Of a DNA stretch of 64,000 nucleotides, positions 1-11,792 are shown in pieces (the stretch's first letter is position 1; every line of letters starts with the position of its first letter). Source of the DNA: Pristiophorus japonicus (taxonomy: Eukaryota); the NCBI RefSeq assembly GCF_044704955.1, contig NC_091978.1, positions 269,452,001 through 269,516,000 of the forward strand. The letters run 5' to 3'. Under the pieces are notes generated by a model. It ran no database searches, was not told the DNA's origin, and saw only the letters and a list, made by a program, of their open reading frames with translations. The translations under genes and the position numbers were made by a program.

Positions 1-800
1 GGATTGTGTGGTCAACTGTGTCAAAAGCTGTGAGCAGTTCGAGAAAGATGAAGGGTCATTTATCATGGTAACAGTTACTTGTGACTTTGATAAGGGTTGT
101 TTCAATATTGTGGCAGGGGCGGAGACCTAATTAGAGGGATTCAAACATGGAGTTGTGGGAACGATGGGCATGAATTTGTGAGTTGACAACATGTTCCAAG
201 GATTTTAGAGAGAAAAGGGAGGTTGGAGATCGGAGGTTGGAGTTTGCAAGGACAAAGGGATCAAGACTGTTTTTTTGAGGAGAGGTGTGATGGTGGCAGA
301 TTTTGTGGGAGAGGGAACCATTAACAATATTAGTTAACATGGGGGTCAGGAAGGGAAGTTGGGTGGTGAGTATTTTGTGGAAATAGGGTCAAGGGAGCAG
401 GACGTGGATCTCATGGACAAGATGAGCTCGGAGAGTGATGAGCTGCGAAGGAAAGAAACTAGAGCAAGATGAGAGTTCAGAACTAGGTAGGGGGGATCTT
501 TAGTGGAAGTTTGGCCTGGTGGGTTAGGGAAGGGTAGGGAAGCAGCTGATCGGATGGTCTCAATCTTAGTGACAAAGAAGTTCATGAGCTCTTCACACAT
601 GTTGAGGTGAGGGTAGAGGAGGCAGGGGAAAGTGGTTTAAGATCACAGTTTGTAGTGGGGAAGAGGAGCCAGTGGTTATCTTTGCATTCCAGAATGGTCC
701 TGGAATAGCGTGCAGTTTTAGCAAAGGAGAGCAGGACCTGATAATGCTTTATCTGGGGGAGAGCACTGCAATTTATCACACAATACCATTACACGGGAGA
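1..800 (-). mobile_element. Decayed L2-clade LINE ORF2 fragment
   Basis: Minus-strand ORFs give CEELMNFFVTKIETIRS and MRSTSCSLDPISTK, matching the plus-strand L2 copy at 39590-41536. Right boundary is approximate. Confidence 0.75.
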
Positions 801-827
801 TCATGCATGGATCAGATAGAACGAGTC

Positions 828-954
828 CAGTGTTCTCTCTAACAGGCTGTACGGCCGATTCAAAATTCCACATATACACGGTTTTTCTATTTAACTGTCA
901 GCTCACCGGCTGCACGGGACCTGCAGAGTGCTGGGTGGCTTAAAGGGAACATTG
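828..954. mobile_element. hAT-type MITE (127 bp)
   Basis: Imperfect 15-bp TIRs CAGTGTTCTCTCTAA and TTAAAGGGAACATTG. Perfect 8-bp TSD AACGAGTC at 820-827 and 955-962. Confidence 0.85.
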
Positions 955-1659
955 AACGAGTCTTACTATTATGTCATGTGATAAAACCTTCCAGAAAACA
1001 TCCAACTCCAATTGATAACCATGGGTGCTGACAGCCATCTTGTACCCTGTGTGAACCCAGACAGTGATCATTGATCAGTTATTTGATTGCGGAGGGAATT
1101 ACAACTGAGTTTAATCCTTTACACATGTTCACTGTCTAGCAGGAGAGGTCAATGAATAATAATTGGAAGTGGCACTCCTAGCTATTTCTTTTCCTGGGGT
1201 GCTGTGGACAATTGTAGCAGCTGAATTTCTGCCTTGGCTACTATTTGCTGACACAACATAGACCAGGGATTGAATCCATGAGCTTTCATTTTGTATGATT
1301 CACCCACACACTTGGCTATACAGTTACCCAGTATGTCTTTGAGGAAGCTGCTCAGCTATTCTTTTGTTACAACCTACTATTCTAAGTGAACTTTGCAAGA
1401 TCCTTACATAATAAGCAGGAATGTATCTTATTGAACGAACTGATAGGGACAGCAATACCAAAGTTAAATTGTCGGGTATATAACCCTATATGATTTGTTA
1501 CTGAAGTACAATTTTCTTTTAAATGGGAACCTTAACTGAAAACCACAACCGTTAATATATGGTATGCTTTACCATATTACATTGCACAAAAATAACAAAA
1601 AGTGCCAATGAATTTTACACAGTATTAAACTGTGCCTTTCTGACAAAGTCAGTGTCCAT

Positions 1660-1780
1660 CAACCACAACAACAACTTTCATTTATATAATGCCTTTAACA
1701 TAGTAAAACATCCCAAGGCACTTTGCAGGAGTGTTATCAAATGGAATCTGACACCGAGCCACATAAGGAGATATCAGGAG
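1660..1780 (-). mobile_element. L2-type 3' end fragment
   Basis: (CAA)n tail followed by sequence resembling 45294-45400 and the reverse complement of 41440-41536. Confidence 0.6.
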
Positions 1781-2624
1781 ACAATTGCTTCACTGCTAGT
1801 CCTTTTAATAGGCCAAAATGAAGTTGTGTCTGCATTACATCCTGTTGCACTTTCCTCAGCAGGCTGTCAAGGTTACCAGAGTGCTCCTGATATTATGCAA
1901 TTTTAAAAATTGTTGATATGTTCTGAAAACAATTAAATGCTTTTCTTTGCTGTATAACAGGAATCTGAAATGATCGTGGACACTAGTTTTGTACAATATG
2001 TTTTGATGTTGATGCAAGTACATTGCCTGACGATCAATCTGATGTGAAAAAACATGGGGGTGAATTTCCCCTGGGGTTCTTCCACTTGTCCGCCAGAACT
2101 TCGGTGGAAAAGCCGTGATAAATGCCGGAAAATTGGTGTGAACACCATTAATGTCATTTTTCCAGGTTTTCCGCAGCTCTTCTGTCAAAGTTACAGCACA
2201 CAAGCACAACAGGCCAACCTCTGCCACTGATCATGCCTCAACTCTAAAATAAAAAACTGAAACTTAGAAAATGACTCTGCCTCTGACCTGTTCTTTACCT
2301 GAGCTCAGCCTCTTCTCCTTTACCTCAACTTACTCTCTTCCCTAATTCATGGCCATACATCTTGCTCAGCTCTTTCACCTGGCTTGGCCTTTCTACCCTG
2401 TTCTTTGCCCCAGTCTGGGCTCTGCCCTTCTCCTGGCTATGTTGCTGACCCTGTTCTTTGCCTCAGTCTGGACTCTCTCCTGCTCCTGGCCATGCCTCTT
2501 TGCCTCAGCTTGAAATTAATGTTTTTGTGTCCTGACTCAATGGGACTCCATTCCTGTTGCCTTTCTTTTTAAATGGTGCCTCCTTCTCCACTGTGGGTCA
2601 ATGTAAAAAAACATTCATGTTCCC

Positions 2625-2780
2625 AAGTGTTGAGATTGATAGATTTTTGTTAGGCAAGAATATTATTAAGGGTTACAGAACCAAGGCAGGTAGATGGAGT
2701 TAAAATACAGATCAGCCATGATCTCATTGAATAGCAGAAAAGGCTCGAGGGACTGAATGGCTTATTCCTGTTCCTATGTG
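2625..2780 (+). mobile_element. CR1 3' end fragment
   Basis: GATCAGCCATGATCTCATTGAAT...GGCTCGAGGGACTGAATGGC...CCTGTTCCTATGT, the 3' UTR shared with other CR1 copies in the window. Confidence 0.65.
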
Positions 2781-4083
2781 TAGCCAGGGAAATAGTCTGG
2801 TAAAACTGATTTTAACCTTTTGGAGTGTGCACTTCACATTAATAACTATGTCAGGAGCAGGTTTTACCTTATTCTCCCTGATCCTATCTTAAGAGCACAA
2901 GATAGGTAAATGTTTGACGTACTGCACTGAGTTATATCTGTTCTTAGAGAAGATTTAACATGGAGAATGAAAAGTTGGATCCCCAGTGCTGTGAGATGCC
3001 CTTTTGTTTGACTGAGCGGGACTTCTGTCTTAGCTACCACAGTTGATGAAAAAGAAGCCTTTTTCATTTCCTTATGCTATCCTGCACGTCTTATGTAGCC
3101 TTGTCACACTCAAGTGGAAGACAGCCAAGGCAACCTGCATAGCCAACAACAATGGGGAAGATTTTTCTGTAAACAATGCATTGTTTTTGAGTACAGTACA
3201 CAGCACCACAAAGTGGAAGGTTGCAGATTTAATAGTACATACCATTGAATTTCCAGTATTAGCTGTGGTACTTTGAGGAGCTGCCAAGCAGAGGATAAGG
3301 AATTTTTCCAGAGAAGACAAGGGAAAATTGGATAAAAAACTGCTTTCCCACATCTTCTGCTGTGCTGTTAATATTTCACCTTCTAAGCAGCAGGAAATAC
3401 ATGATCTAGTATGAACGAGTGGAGAACAAACAGGAAGAAAATTGCATGGATAATGCACCCTCAAAGGAACAAGAAAAACAAAATCAGCACGTCTTTCATG
3501 ATGGAGCAATCACAACTGGTAAAAATACGATGAAAAAGAACTGAAAGTGAGCACGATAGGGTATCTCAACTTAGCCAGGGTTTTATATAGTTCTGTTCCC
3601 TCAAATTCTGTTGGAGACAGTCATTTCTTCAATTTTCCCATTTGGCAAAGCAAGACATTTATAGTGTGTTAAGTACAAATGAATGAAATAGCAAGAAATT
3701 AGAGAGTCGCAATCAATGTTTTGTCACAAGAGGCTGCTATAACATTGCGACAGCTCACTTTGGATATTCTAGTGTCAGAAACTAGTTAATACTGGTACAG
3801 AACCTGGTAGTTTGAAGATTGTGTATAATATTGAAGGCATACTGTACACAACTTTAAGCTGCCAGGTTCTAGACGCGTATAAAAAGCATTAAATGTGCAC
3901 ACACAAGGTATTAAGTTCAATTAAGTTAGCACACGAAGTTCAACCTCTCCGAATACAAAAACACCATCTAAATCACCACCAGTTTTCAAAGACAATTAAT
4001 TTAAAGAGACAAATCACCTCAAACACTCATCATCATGACATGCAAGCATTTATATGAGCGAAAGTGTCTATGCCACTCACAGT

Positions 4084-4219
4084 CAATATTCTCCATAAAC
4101 CGGGGAACCTGCACAGCTGGCTTTTCAATAGAAAAACCGCGCATGCGCGGTATTTTAAATTGCCCGCGCAGCCCCTTAAAGGGGCCACGCAGCGCCAAAC
4201 AAAATTAGAGGGAACATTG
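4084..4219. mobile_element. Second copy of the hAT MITE family, opposite orientation
   Basis: Right TIR TTAGAGGGAACATTG and degenerate left TIR CAATATTCTCCATAA. Internal AATAGAAAAACCG is the reverse complement of CGGTTTTTCTATT in the 828-954 copy. TSD is not clean. Confidence 0.65.
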
Positions 4220-4930
4220 CTATATATTAGGCCTATAATATTGGTCTGGAATTTAGGGTCAGCAAAGCGACGACAATCGTCACTGACTTCGAAGAAAACT
4301 GCCCAAAGATCTAGCGTTCTCTGTGACGCTAATTTAAGTTCTCCCGATGTTAAGTTTGAATCTGGTGTCAAATCAAACAAATCTACAATGTCCAGCAACA
4401 GTGATGTCATCAAGCTGGCTAAACAGCCAATCACATTGAAGAATTCTCACAGACAGGAAACCAGGAAGTAAAATGCACTGATTATAATTTACTTTTAATA
4501 AATTTTAGAGAGCGCGATATAAAGATTGGGACCAACACAGGAGGCTCAATTTTCCCCAAATATATGCACAGTTTTTTTGGAATGCACCATTCTTTTTGGA
4601 GTAAATAAAAATCTCCAAGTTTCCCCAAAGTTTCTGCGCCAGTGTAATTCAGTTAGGTACGATTTTTTAGCTTATGATTTTTTTGTGTCATGTGGGGCAC
4701 CTAATGTCTGCGGCAGTTTTTCAGATTTAAGAAAGTTTGGCCAACTTACATTTTTCCTCGGACGGCGTATGTGACCACTCTGGGCACTTAAGAAAAAGCA
4801 GCGGACATTCCAAGATCGGTGCAGAAAGTTGCCATTGTTTTTAGCCGAAGTTTTGGAGGGAGTCAAGAAGGCAGAGAATATGCATCATAAGTGTTAATTT
4901 TTTTCAAAGTCAAAAGAGAGAAATTGGAAG

Positions 4931-5375
4931 TCTAATGCAATTCTTCAATTTTTGATTTTTTTCAAAGTACCACCCCACCACAGAATGTCTCCTCACCAGG
5001 CTCGAGGGTCGGCCAGCAGAATCGCTCCCTCGCCCTGACACATGGGCTTGGGACTTTGCTTTGAAAGAAGCCTGGTGGAAGGGGGGTGGGAGGGGGAGGG
5101 GGTTTGAAGCCGAACTGAATTACCAGCCACTTATATAAGGGATGAGAACCCTTAGGCTATAAATTATCAATTTCTAAAAGCTGTTTTTATCCTTAATACT
5201 GTCCACCTTAGCAGCTTCAAAAGAAGCCCAGGGGAGGGGGTGGGTACTGAGCCCCTGAGCCCGGGTGAGGGAGTGATTTTGCTGGCTGACACTCTGACCA
5301 TCGAGCCCGGTGAGGAGAGGTTTGGTGGCGGCGTGGTACTTTGAAAAAAATCAAAAATTAAAGAATTGCATTAGA
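4931..5375. repeat. Long inverted repeat (arms about 85-95 bp) inside the Harbinger 5' region
   Basis: TCTAATGCAATTCTTCAATTTTTGATTTTTTTCAAAGTACCAC from 4931 pairs with GTGGTACTTTGAAAAAAATCAAAAATTAAAGAATTGCATTAGA ending at 5375. Pairing continues inward through CTCCTCACC.GGCTCGA.GGTC. Confidence 0.85.
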
Positions 5376-5553
5376 TTTTGCCCCAAATATCTTCATTGAA
5401 TGCCTAGCTTCCCGTTCTAAGCAAGCCGATTGCGCAATTGTAGTCCAGGGTGTGGTCCATACTCGGGCATGCACCTTGGAGAGAGAGGGGGAAGAAGAGG
5501 TGTGAGTGCTTTGTCCTGCTGTTTTGAGGTTGTTGCAAAGCTACAATTTAATT

Positions 5554-5926
5554 ATGGGGGTAATATTGAAAATGCCATACCTCGTGTAAGCCTGCTGCAT
5601 GATGGTGCTGTGGAGAAGAAGATTGATTAGACAGCATCACCTGAGGAACCTCAGAGCATGTAGGATGATAGGATGATAGGAGGAGGCCTTACCCAGATCA
5701 GGTATATAGAGAAGGGCATTCATACCTGCACCTGAGTGATGCAGACTGTGAGAAGGCTGCACTTCTGCATAGAAGTTGTAAGCGAGATCTGTGACCTAGT
5801 AAAAGCAGACCTGCACCCTAGAGGCGTCAGGAGGACTGCTTTGTCAGTTGAAGTAAAGGTCCCAGCTACACTTTCATTTTATGCAACTGGATCATTCCAG
5901 GCCACTACTGAGGATATGTGCGCCAT
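5554..5926 (+). pseudogene. Harbinger (HARBI1-like) transposase, N-terminal part
   Basis: VRRLHFCIEVVSEICDLVKADL...LSVEVKVPATLSFYATGSFQATTEDMCAI resembles the HARBI1-family helix-turn-helix region. The start codon is tentative; stops and indels are present. Confidence 0.8.
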
Positions 5927-6634
5927 TGTGGAAATGTATTTTTATCTAAGCTGCATCACACTGTATTTTGTACCCTTTTTGATATAAAACAAAATGGAGT
6001 CCTGGTCCTTCCAGAAATTTCTGCAACAGACAGTCTGTTTGCATAAACAGCTAAACCTGGCTTGAAATGGCGGATAGCTAATCAATAGCCACCAAACAGC
6101 AGGAGACTATCCTGCTGAGACAAGTACCACCCATGGTACTCTCCAATTGTCCATTGCAGCACCAGTTCCACTTGCCCCCTCCACCCCCTTTTTCGAGATA
6201 TTCAAACCACCAGCCATTATCTCTTGTACAGACCTCATCCATTTCATGCAAAAAGATAACTGACCAGGAAACTGGACAATCCTGACACAATGCAATGCCG
6301 GTAATAGCGCATTACCACACTCTCATCGAGTAATGGCTGACTGGCCAACTAATAACCCTGACAAAAGGAAATATTTGGAAACCATGTCAGGACAAGGATA
6401 TAGTAATTAACTCTTTATCTGTATTCACTGACTGCAAGACAGAGCCAATACACAGGAAGAGGCCATAACTTGGGTTTTTACTGTATAAATATCTCAGGAA
6501 ATTGTACCATTTCGAAGGTGTTCACTTAGCCGTTGACTGAGTGAGACTTTTCCCTTGCTGGCAAGTAAAATTAAAGGGACATCTGCCAGGGCTGAAGGTG
6601 TCTGAGTCGTATATTGTGAGTCGAGATTTCGACA
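5927..6634 (+). repeat. ERV 5' LTR (708 bp)
   Basis: TGTGGAAATG...GATTTCGACA. About 28 differences from the 3' LTR counted by eye (roughly 96% identity). TATAAATA near 6484; AGTAAA/ATTAAA polyA-like signals near 6564-6575. Confidence 0.95.
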
Positions 6635-6643
6635 GTTACTTCT

Positions 6644-6661
6644 TGGAGGTTCCACCGAGAT
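6644..6661 (+). promoter_or_regulatory. Primer binding site, tRNA-Gln
   Basis: TGGAGGTTCCACCGAGAT is complementary to the 3' 18 nt of vertebrate tRNA-Gln, the same PBS as in Gln-primed endogenous MLVs. Confidence 0.9.
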
Positions 6662-7432
6662 CGCTTACTCTCTACCCTGTGAGTAAAACGGATGCGGGCA
6701 TAGTGGTTCTTCAGTGAAGGGCTTCACTGGCTAGAATAAGATGAGCCTTTTGTTCACAAGAGGTTTCTTCACTGTTGAATCGCATATGTAATCTGTTGTC
6801 CACAGGGGAGGTACTGCAATCTACGAGACTCGACATTTCAAAGCTAAAGTTATTTTTGTGATCATTTCTTTCTCAGCTTGCAGGCAGAAGGGATCTGGTC
6901 CTGGAAATATCTTGAACAGCCTGGGGAGATTTTAATTAGGAAAAGGAAAAAAAAAGAGTGCTATTCGATCGACGGTTCTTATGTGATAAGAGTTAAGATA
7001 ATGGGACCATAAGTTTTATTAGGATAAGTTAAGGACTTGGTCTGTAGTGGCGTACAACGCAGATTGAGAATTGATTAGTTGTTTAGTTAGAGTTTAAGGT
7101 TATGATTTGTATACTCGCGTGAATGTTGTTTTCCTAATTGTCCTTGTTATACTGTTGTGTTCAATACCTTTGTGCGACATTGCAATTAGAGAACCGGGAA
7201 GAGTCACTAGGGAAAATTGTGATTCGGAAAAACAAGGATTGATTGAGAAAAAAAACAGTAACTGATTGATCAACTTCGGTTGGTTCGTGCCAACATCTCT
7301 CACACACCCAGACTGAGCCCGAATTAAGAGCCTTTTCAGGCCATGTGACGGCCAGGAAAAGTGGGCGTAGAGAACTCGATTGGCCGAAAGGATTGTGAGA
7401 TCAGAAACTGTGGAAAATCTTAATCATCCAGA

Positions 7433-7750
7433 ATGGGTGCCGGAGCAAGTAAAACACCACCAGAAGGCACACCAGCCTATTATATGCTCCAGAATTGTGA
7501 TCAGTCTTCAATTGACCACCTAAAAAAAAAATGGATAAAGTGGATTAAGGGTGAAAACTGGCCATTTCCACCCGATGGTTCATTTAATTTAGAGAGAACA
7601 ACATGTCTAGAGGAGTGCCTTATAGACAGAGACCCAGGTAGAAGAGGTTAAAAAAAAGTAATAGAAAAGGCCTGGGTTCCAATTCTTCGAGCCCACATAA
7701 AATTAACAGAGGAAGTAAATCAATATGTAAGAAAAAAAAAGAAAACCTGA
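7433..7750 (+). pseudogene. gag: ERV gag matrix remnant
   Basis: MGAGASK myristoylation start and W...WPFPPDGSFNL matrix motif typical of class I retroviruses. Stop at 7651; no capsid or nucleocapsid recognisable downstream. Confidence 0.8.
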
Positions 7751-8169
7751 TAGTGACATATGGATCCAAAAATAGAGCTGGCCAAACAATAAGCTTTGTT
7801 GAATGAAGAGAGACTTTTATGAATGTCTGTCTTTGAATGAGAGTGCTTGTTTTTTTTTTGGACTGCGGAATTTTTCATGTGTCTGAAAGCCTGTTTGGGA
7901 AGGTGGTGGAACTGCCTGTTTGTTTTAACTCCACCCACTTTTTCAAACAGAGTGAAGGTTTTTTTAACCCTTCGTAGTGTTGTCCTGTATGTGGGAAGTT
8001 TAAGACATTTTAAGTTAGAAACGCAGGTGTGGATTTATTCGGATGAGAAGTTACGGAGCTAGGAAATGCACAAAGGATAGGTTTGTTGAGACATGGTCCC
8101 AGTGGATAAAAAAAAAAGAGAATTTATTTGACACGCTCACTTATTTGTCGAAAGAAGACACGTAATCAT

Positions 8170-9071
8170 AGAAACATAGAAACATAGAAAATAGGTGCAG
8201 GAGTAGGCCATTCGGCCCTTCGGGCTTGCACCGCCATTCAATGAGTTCATGGCTGAACATGCAACTTCAGTACCCCATTCCTGCTTTCTCGCCATACCCC
8301 TTGATCCCCCTAGTAGTAAGGACTTCATCTAACTCCTTTTTGAATATATTTAGTGAATTGGCCTCAACAACTTTCTGTGGTAGAGAATTCCACAGGTTCA
8401 CCACTCTCTGGGTGAAGAAGTTTCTCCTCATCTCGGTCCTAAATGGCTTACCCCTTATCCTTAGACTATGTCCCCTGGTTCTGGACTTCCCCAACATTGG
8501 GAACATTCTTCCTGCATCTAACCTGTCTAAACCCATCAGAATTTTAAACGTTTCTATGAAGTCCCCTCTCATTCTTCTGAACTCCAGTGAATACAAGCCC
8601 AGTTGATCCAGTCTTTCTTGATAGGTCAGTCTCGCCATCCCGGGAAACAGTCTGGTGAACCTTCGCTGCACTCCCTCAATAGCAAGAATGTCCTTCCTCA
8701 GGTTAGGAGACCAAAACTGTACACAATACTCCAGGTGTGGCCTCACCAAGGCCTGTACAACTGTAGCAACACCTCCCTGCCCCTGTACTCAAATCCCCTC
8801 GCTATGAAGGCCAACATGCCATTTGCTTTCTTAACCGCCTGCTGTACCTGCATGCCAACCTTCAATGACTGATGTACCATGACACCCAGGTCTCGTTGCA
8901 CCTCCCCTTTTCCTAATCTGTCACCATTCAGATAATAGTCTGTCTCTCTGTTTTTACCACCAAAGTGGATAACCTCACATTTATCCACATTATACTTCAT
9001 CTGCCATGCATTTGTACACTCACCTAACCTATTCAAGTCGCTCTGCAGCCTCATAGCATCCTCCTCGCAGC
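8170..9071 (-). mobile_element. 5'-truncated CR1 LINE inserted in the ERV
   Basis: ORF2 C-terminus (VRPHLEYCVQFWSP...RVVNLWNSLP), (ATGTTTCT)n tail and probable TSD ATCAT (8165-8169 and 9072-9076). Confidence 0.92.
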
Positions 9072-9440
9072 ATCATTGATTACATTGGGTTGAAAGACAT
9101 AAATCTAGTCTAGGAGTGAGATAAAGAACGGGGAAGGGAAGTTGTAATGCCTTTTTTTTTAAAAAGCCTGTGTGGATCTCTCGAGGCTACAGGCTGGAGG
9201 AGTATGTCCCCATTGTCCTTTGTGTAAAACCTTGACGCGAAAGCTTCCAGCTCAGTAAGAAGATTTTTAAATAAAAGATTGGCAGTACAATATTTGAATT
9301 GGGATTTTGAGATATTTCAGGTGATTCTCCTTGATAAACATTTTGGGTGTATTGGAAAAATCTTGGGTTTGGAAGACTTTTAATAAAATTATAAAACAAG
9401 TACTTTGCATTCTGTGATCTGTGAATCAGTATAAGCATAA

Positions 9441-11792
9441 ATGAGAAGTCCGTGTAACACACCAATTCTTCCAGTTCAGAAGCCCAATAGTGACAAATGG
9501 AGGTTTGTCCAAGACCTACGAGCTGTGAATGAATCTACTATATTCTCACAATGCTTAAAGAAGGATTTAGAATGAAGTATCCCGGAATGCTTTCCAGAAT
9601 CTTAAGCAGTCCCTCACTTCAGCACCAGCCTTGGGATTACCAGATTACACGAAGCCATTCAACTTATTTGTTCATCACAAGTCGGGTTTTGCACAATCTG
9701 TTTTGACTCAATTACATGGGGACAGGCAGCGACCGGTAGCATATTTCAGTGCCCATCTAGATCCAGTGGCACGCGGACTACCAGGATGTCTTCCTTTGTT
9801 GGCAGCAGCTTATTACGCTATACAACAGGCTCAGACAATAACTCTAAATCATCAAACCATTCTATACATCCCACATTCTGTTGAGATTTTACTTACTAAA
9901 TGTGCCACTCAACACCTAACTTCTGCAAGAACCACTAAATATGAAGTTGAACTGTTATCAAATCCGAACCTTATCTTCAAAAGATGTACTACCTTAAATC
10001 CAGCCACTCTATTCCCCATGGAAGAAGACGGCGAACCCCATTCATGTGAAATGATAACTGAATTAGTGACTAAACCACGTATCAATTTAACAGATGTACT
10101 AATATGTAACCCTGATCTAGTGTACTATGTTGACAGATCAGCCTTACGAAATGATAGGGGCCAACCTAGAGCGGCTGTAACCCAGTTTAATGTTGTTGAA
10201 ACAGCCTCTCTTCCAGACTCCTTTTCAGCCCAACAAGCCAAATTGTTTGCGTTAACTCGAGCCTGTATTCTGGCTGAAGGACAAACAGTTAATATCTACA
10301 CCGACTCTGGGTATGCTTTTGGGGTAACGCATGACTATGGACAAATTTGGAAATTTTGCAGGTACCTGACTTCTTCAGGAACCACTATCAAGAATGCAGA
10401 ACAAGTAGAAAATCTCCTGTGAGCCATTCAATGTCCCTTGAAACTTGCCATTATTAAATGCTAATGCACATACAGGCCAGTCGAATGAGGTGGCACATGG
10501 GAACACCAGAGCTGATAATGCAGCTAAGTCAGCAGCTCTGTCAAAGGGGGAGATGCAGGTGTCATTGTTCCCACTAAGGAAAAGTCTCAATTGCTCAGAT
10601 CCACCACCCACTATTAAATGATGTGCTGGCCTTTCAGACACAGGCCAGTACGGAGAAGGTGTTGACCTGGATGAAGGATCAATGTTATAAAAATCCAGAA
10701 GGAATATGGGTTCACCATGACGGCCGCATGGTGGCGCCCAAATCCTTACTTCCATGGATTGCCCAATGTGTTCATACATTTACACATGTGGGAAAAGGGG
10801 GGTGGGGGGGGGCGGCGGGTGGCAGATTATATTTTGGCAACTTGGTATGCACCAGGTATTTCGGCAATTGCAAAACAAATCTGTGAAAATTGTGTTACCT
10901 GTCAGACAATGAATTAGGGTAAGACGAAAAAAGTAGAATCTGCCTCCCACCCAAATCCAGTGGGGCCTTTTGTACATTTACAAATGGATTTTATTGAATT
11001 ACCTATGTGTATGGGATTCAAGTATGTATTAGTTATTGTAGATGTGTTCTCTAGATGGATTGAAGCCTTTCCATGTAAAAAGGCTGATGCCACTACTGTT
11101 GCTAAATGTTTGTTAAAATAAATCGTACCGCGCTTCGGAATCCCTGCTCAGCTTTCTAGTAATAACGGGTCATATTTCACGGGAACTGTTATAAGAGAAA
11201 TGTGTAAAGCGTTACAGATTAACCAACGTTTTCATTGCAGTTATCATCCACAATCTGCTGGACTCGTTGAAAGATATAATGGAATGCTTAAAAATAAGCT
11301 GGCAAAATTATGTAATGATACTGGACTGAAATGGATAGAACTACTGCCCTTAGCCTTGATGGTAATGCGATCTGCAACCAACAGAACACCGCATGAGATA
11401 GTTATAGGACGTCCCCAACGACTACCTTTTACAGCACCATTTACTGCAAAACAAATGGACATCCACAAAATGAAGGAAAATATGTTGAATTATTGTATTG
11501 CACTAACCAAATGTATTTCCAGCTTTTTTCGCAGGTAAAAGAAGCTCAAGTCAAGCCAGCGGAAGGGAAGTGTCATAACCTGGAGCCCTGGGAATTCGTT
11601 TACATTAAAATTTTTAGAAGAAAAAGCAGTCTACAGCCAAGATTTGAAGGACCATACCAGGTCTTGCTGGCGACCAATACTGCAATCAAGGTAAAGGAAA
11701 GACCAACATGGATCCATGCGTCCCATTGCAAAAGGGCACCCGACCAGGAGGAAGGGAAGAAGGAACCAGAAGAACAGAAAAAGGAAGACTGA
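9441..11792 (+). pseudogene. pol: ERV pol remnant: RT fragments, connection, RNase H, integrase
   Basis: SPCNTPILPVQKP...WRFVQDLRAVN; LTSAPALGLPDYTKPF; RNase H SAQQA.L.AL..AC...VNIYTDS; integrase HHCC, LQMDF...VDVFSRWIEAFP, YHPQSAGLVERYNG and GPY motif. Several stops and frameshifts. Confidence 0.93.

Noticed and set aside
1020-1335. Possible ancient tRNA-derived SINE on the minus strand (B-box-like GGATTCAATCCC)
   Set aside because: Too degenerate to assign a family or boundaries by eye.
2864-3509. ORFs of 67-145 aa in unique sequence, considered as CPE exons expected by synteny
   Set aside because: No carboxypeptidase E motifs or other recognisable homology.
6078-6295. Antisense ORFs in both ERV LTRs, considered as accessory genes
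   Set aside because: They are short, start at non-ATG codons, and their frames differ between the two LTRs because of indels.
10796-10812. G-run in the integrase region as a programmed frameshift site
   Set aside because: Homopolymer expansion or sequencing error in a pol that already has several stops is the simpler explanation.
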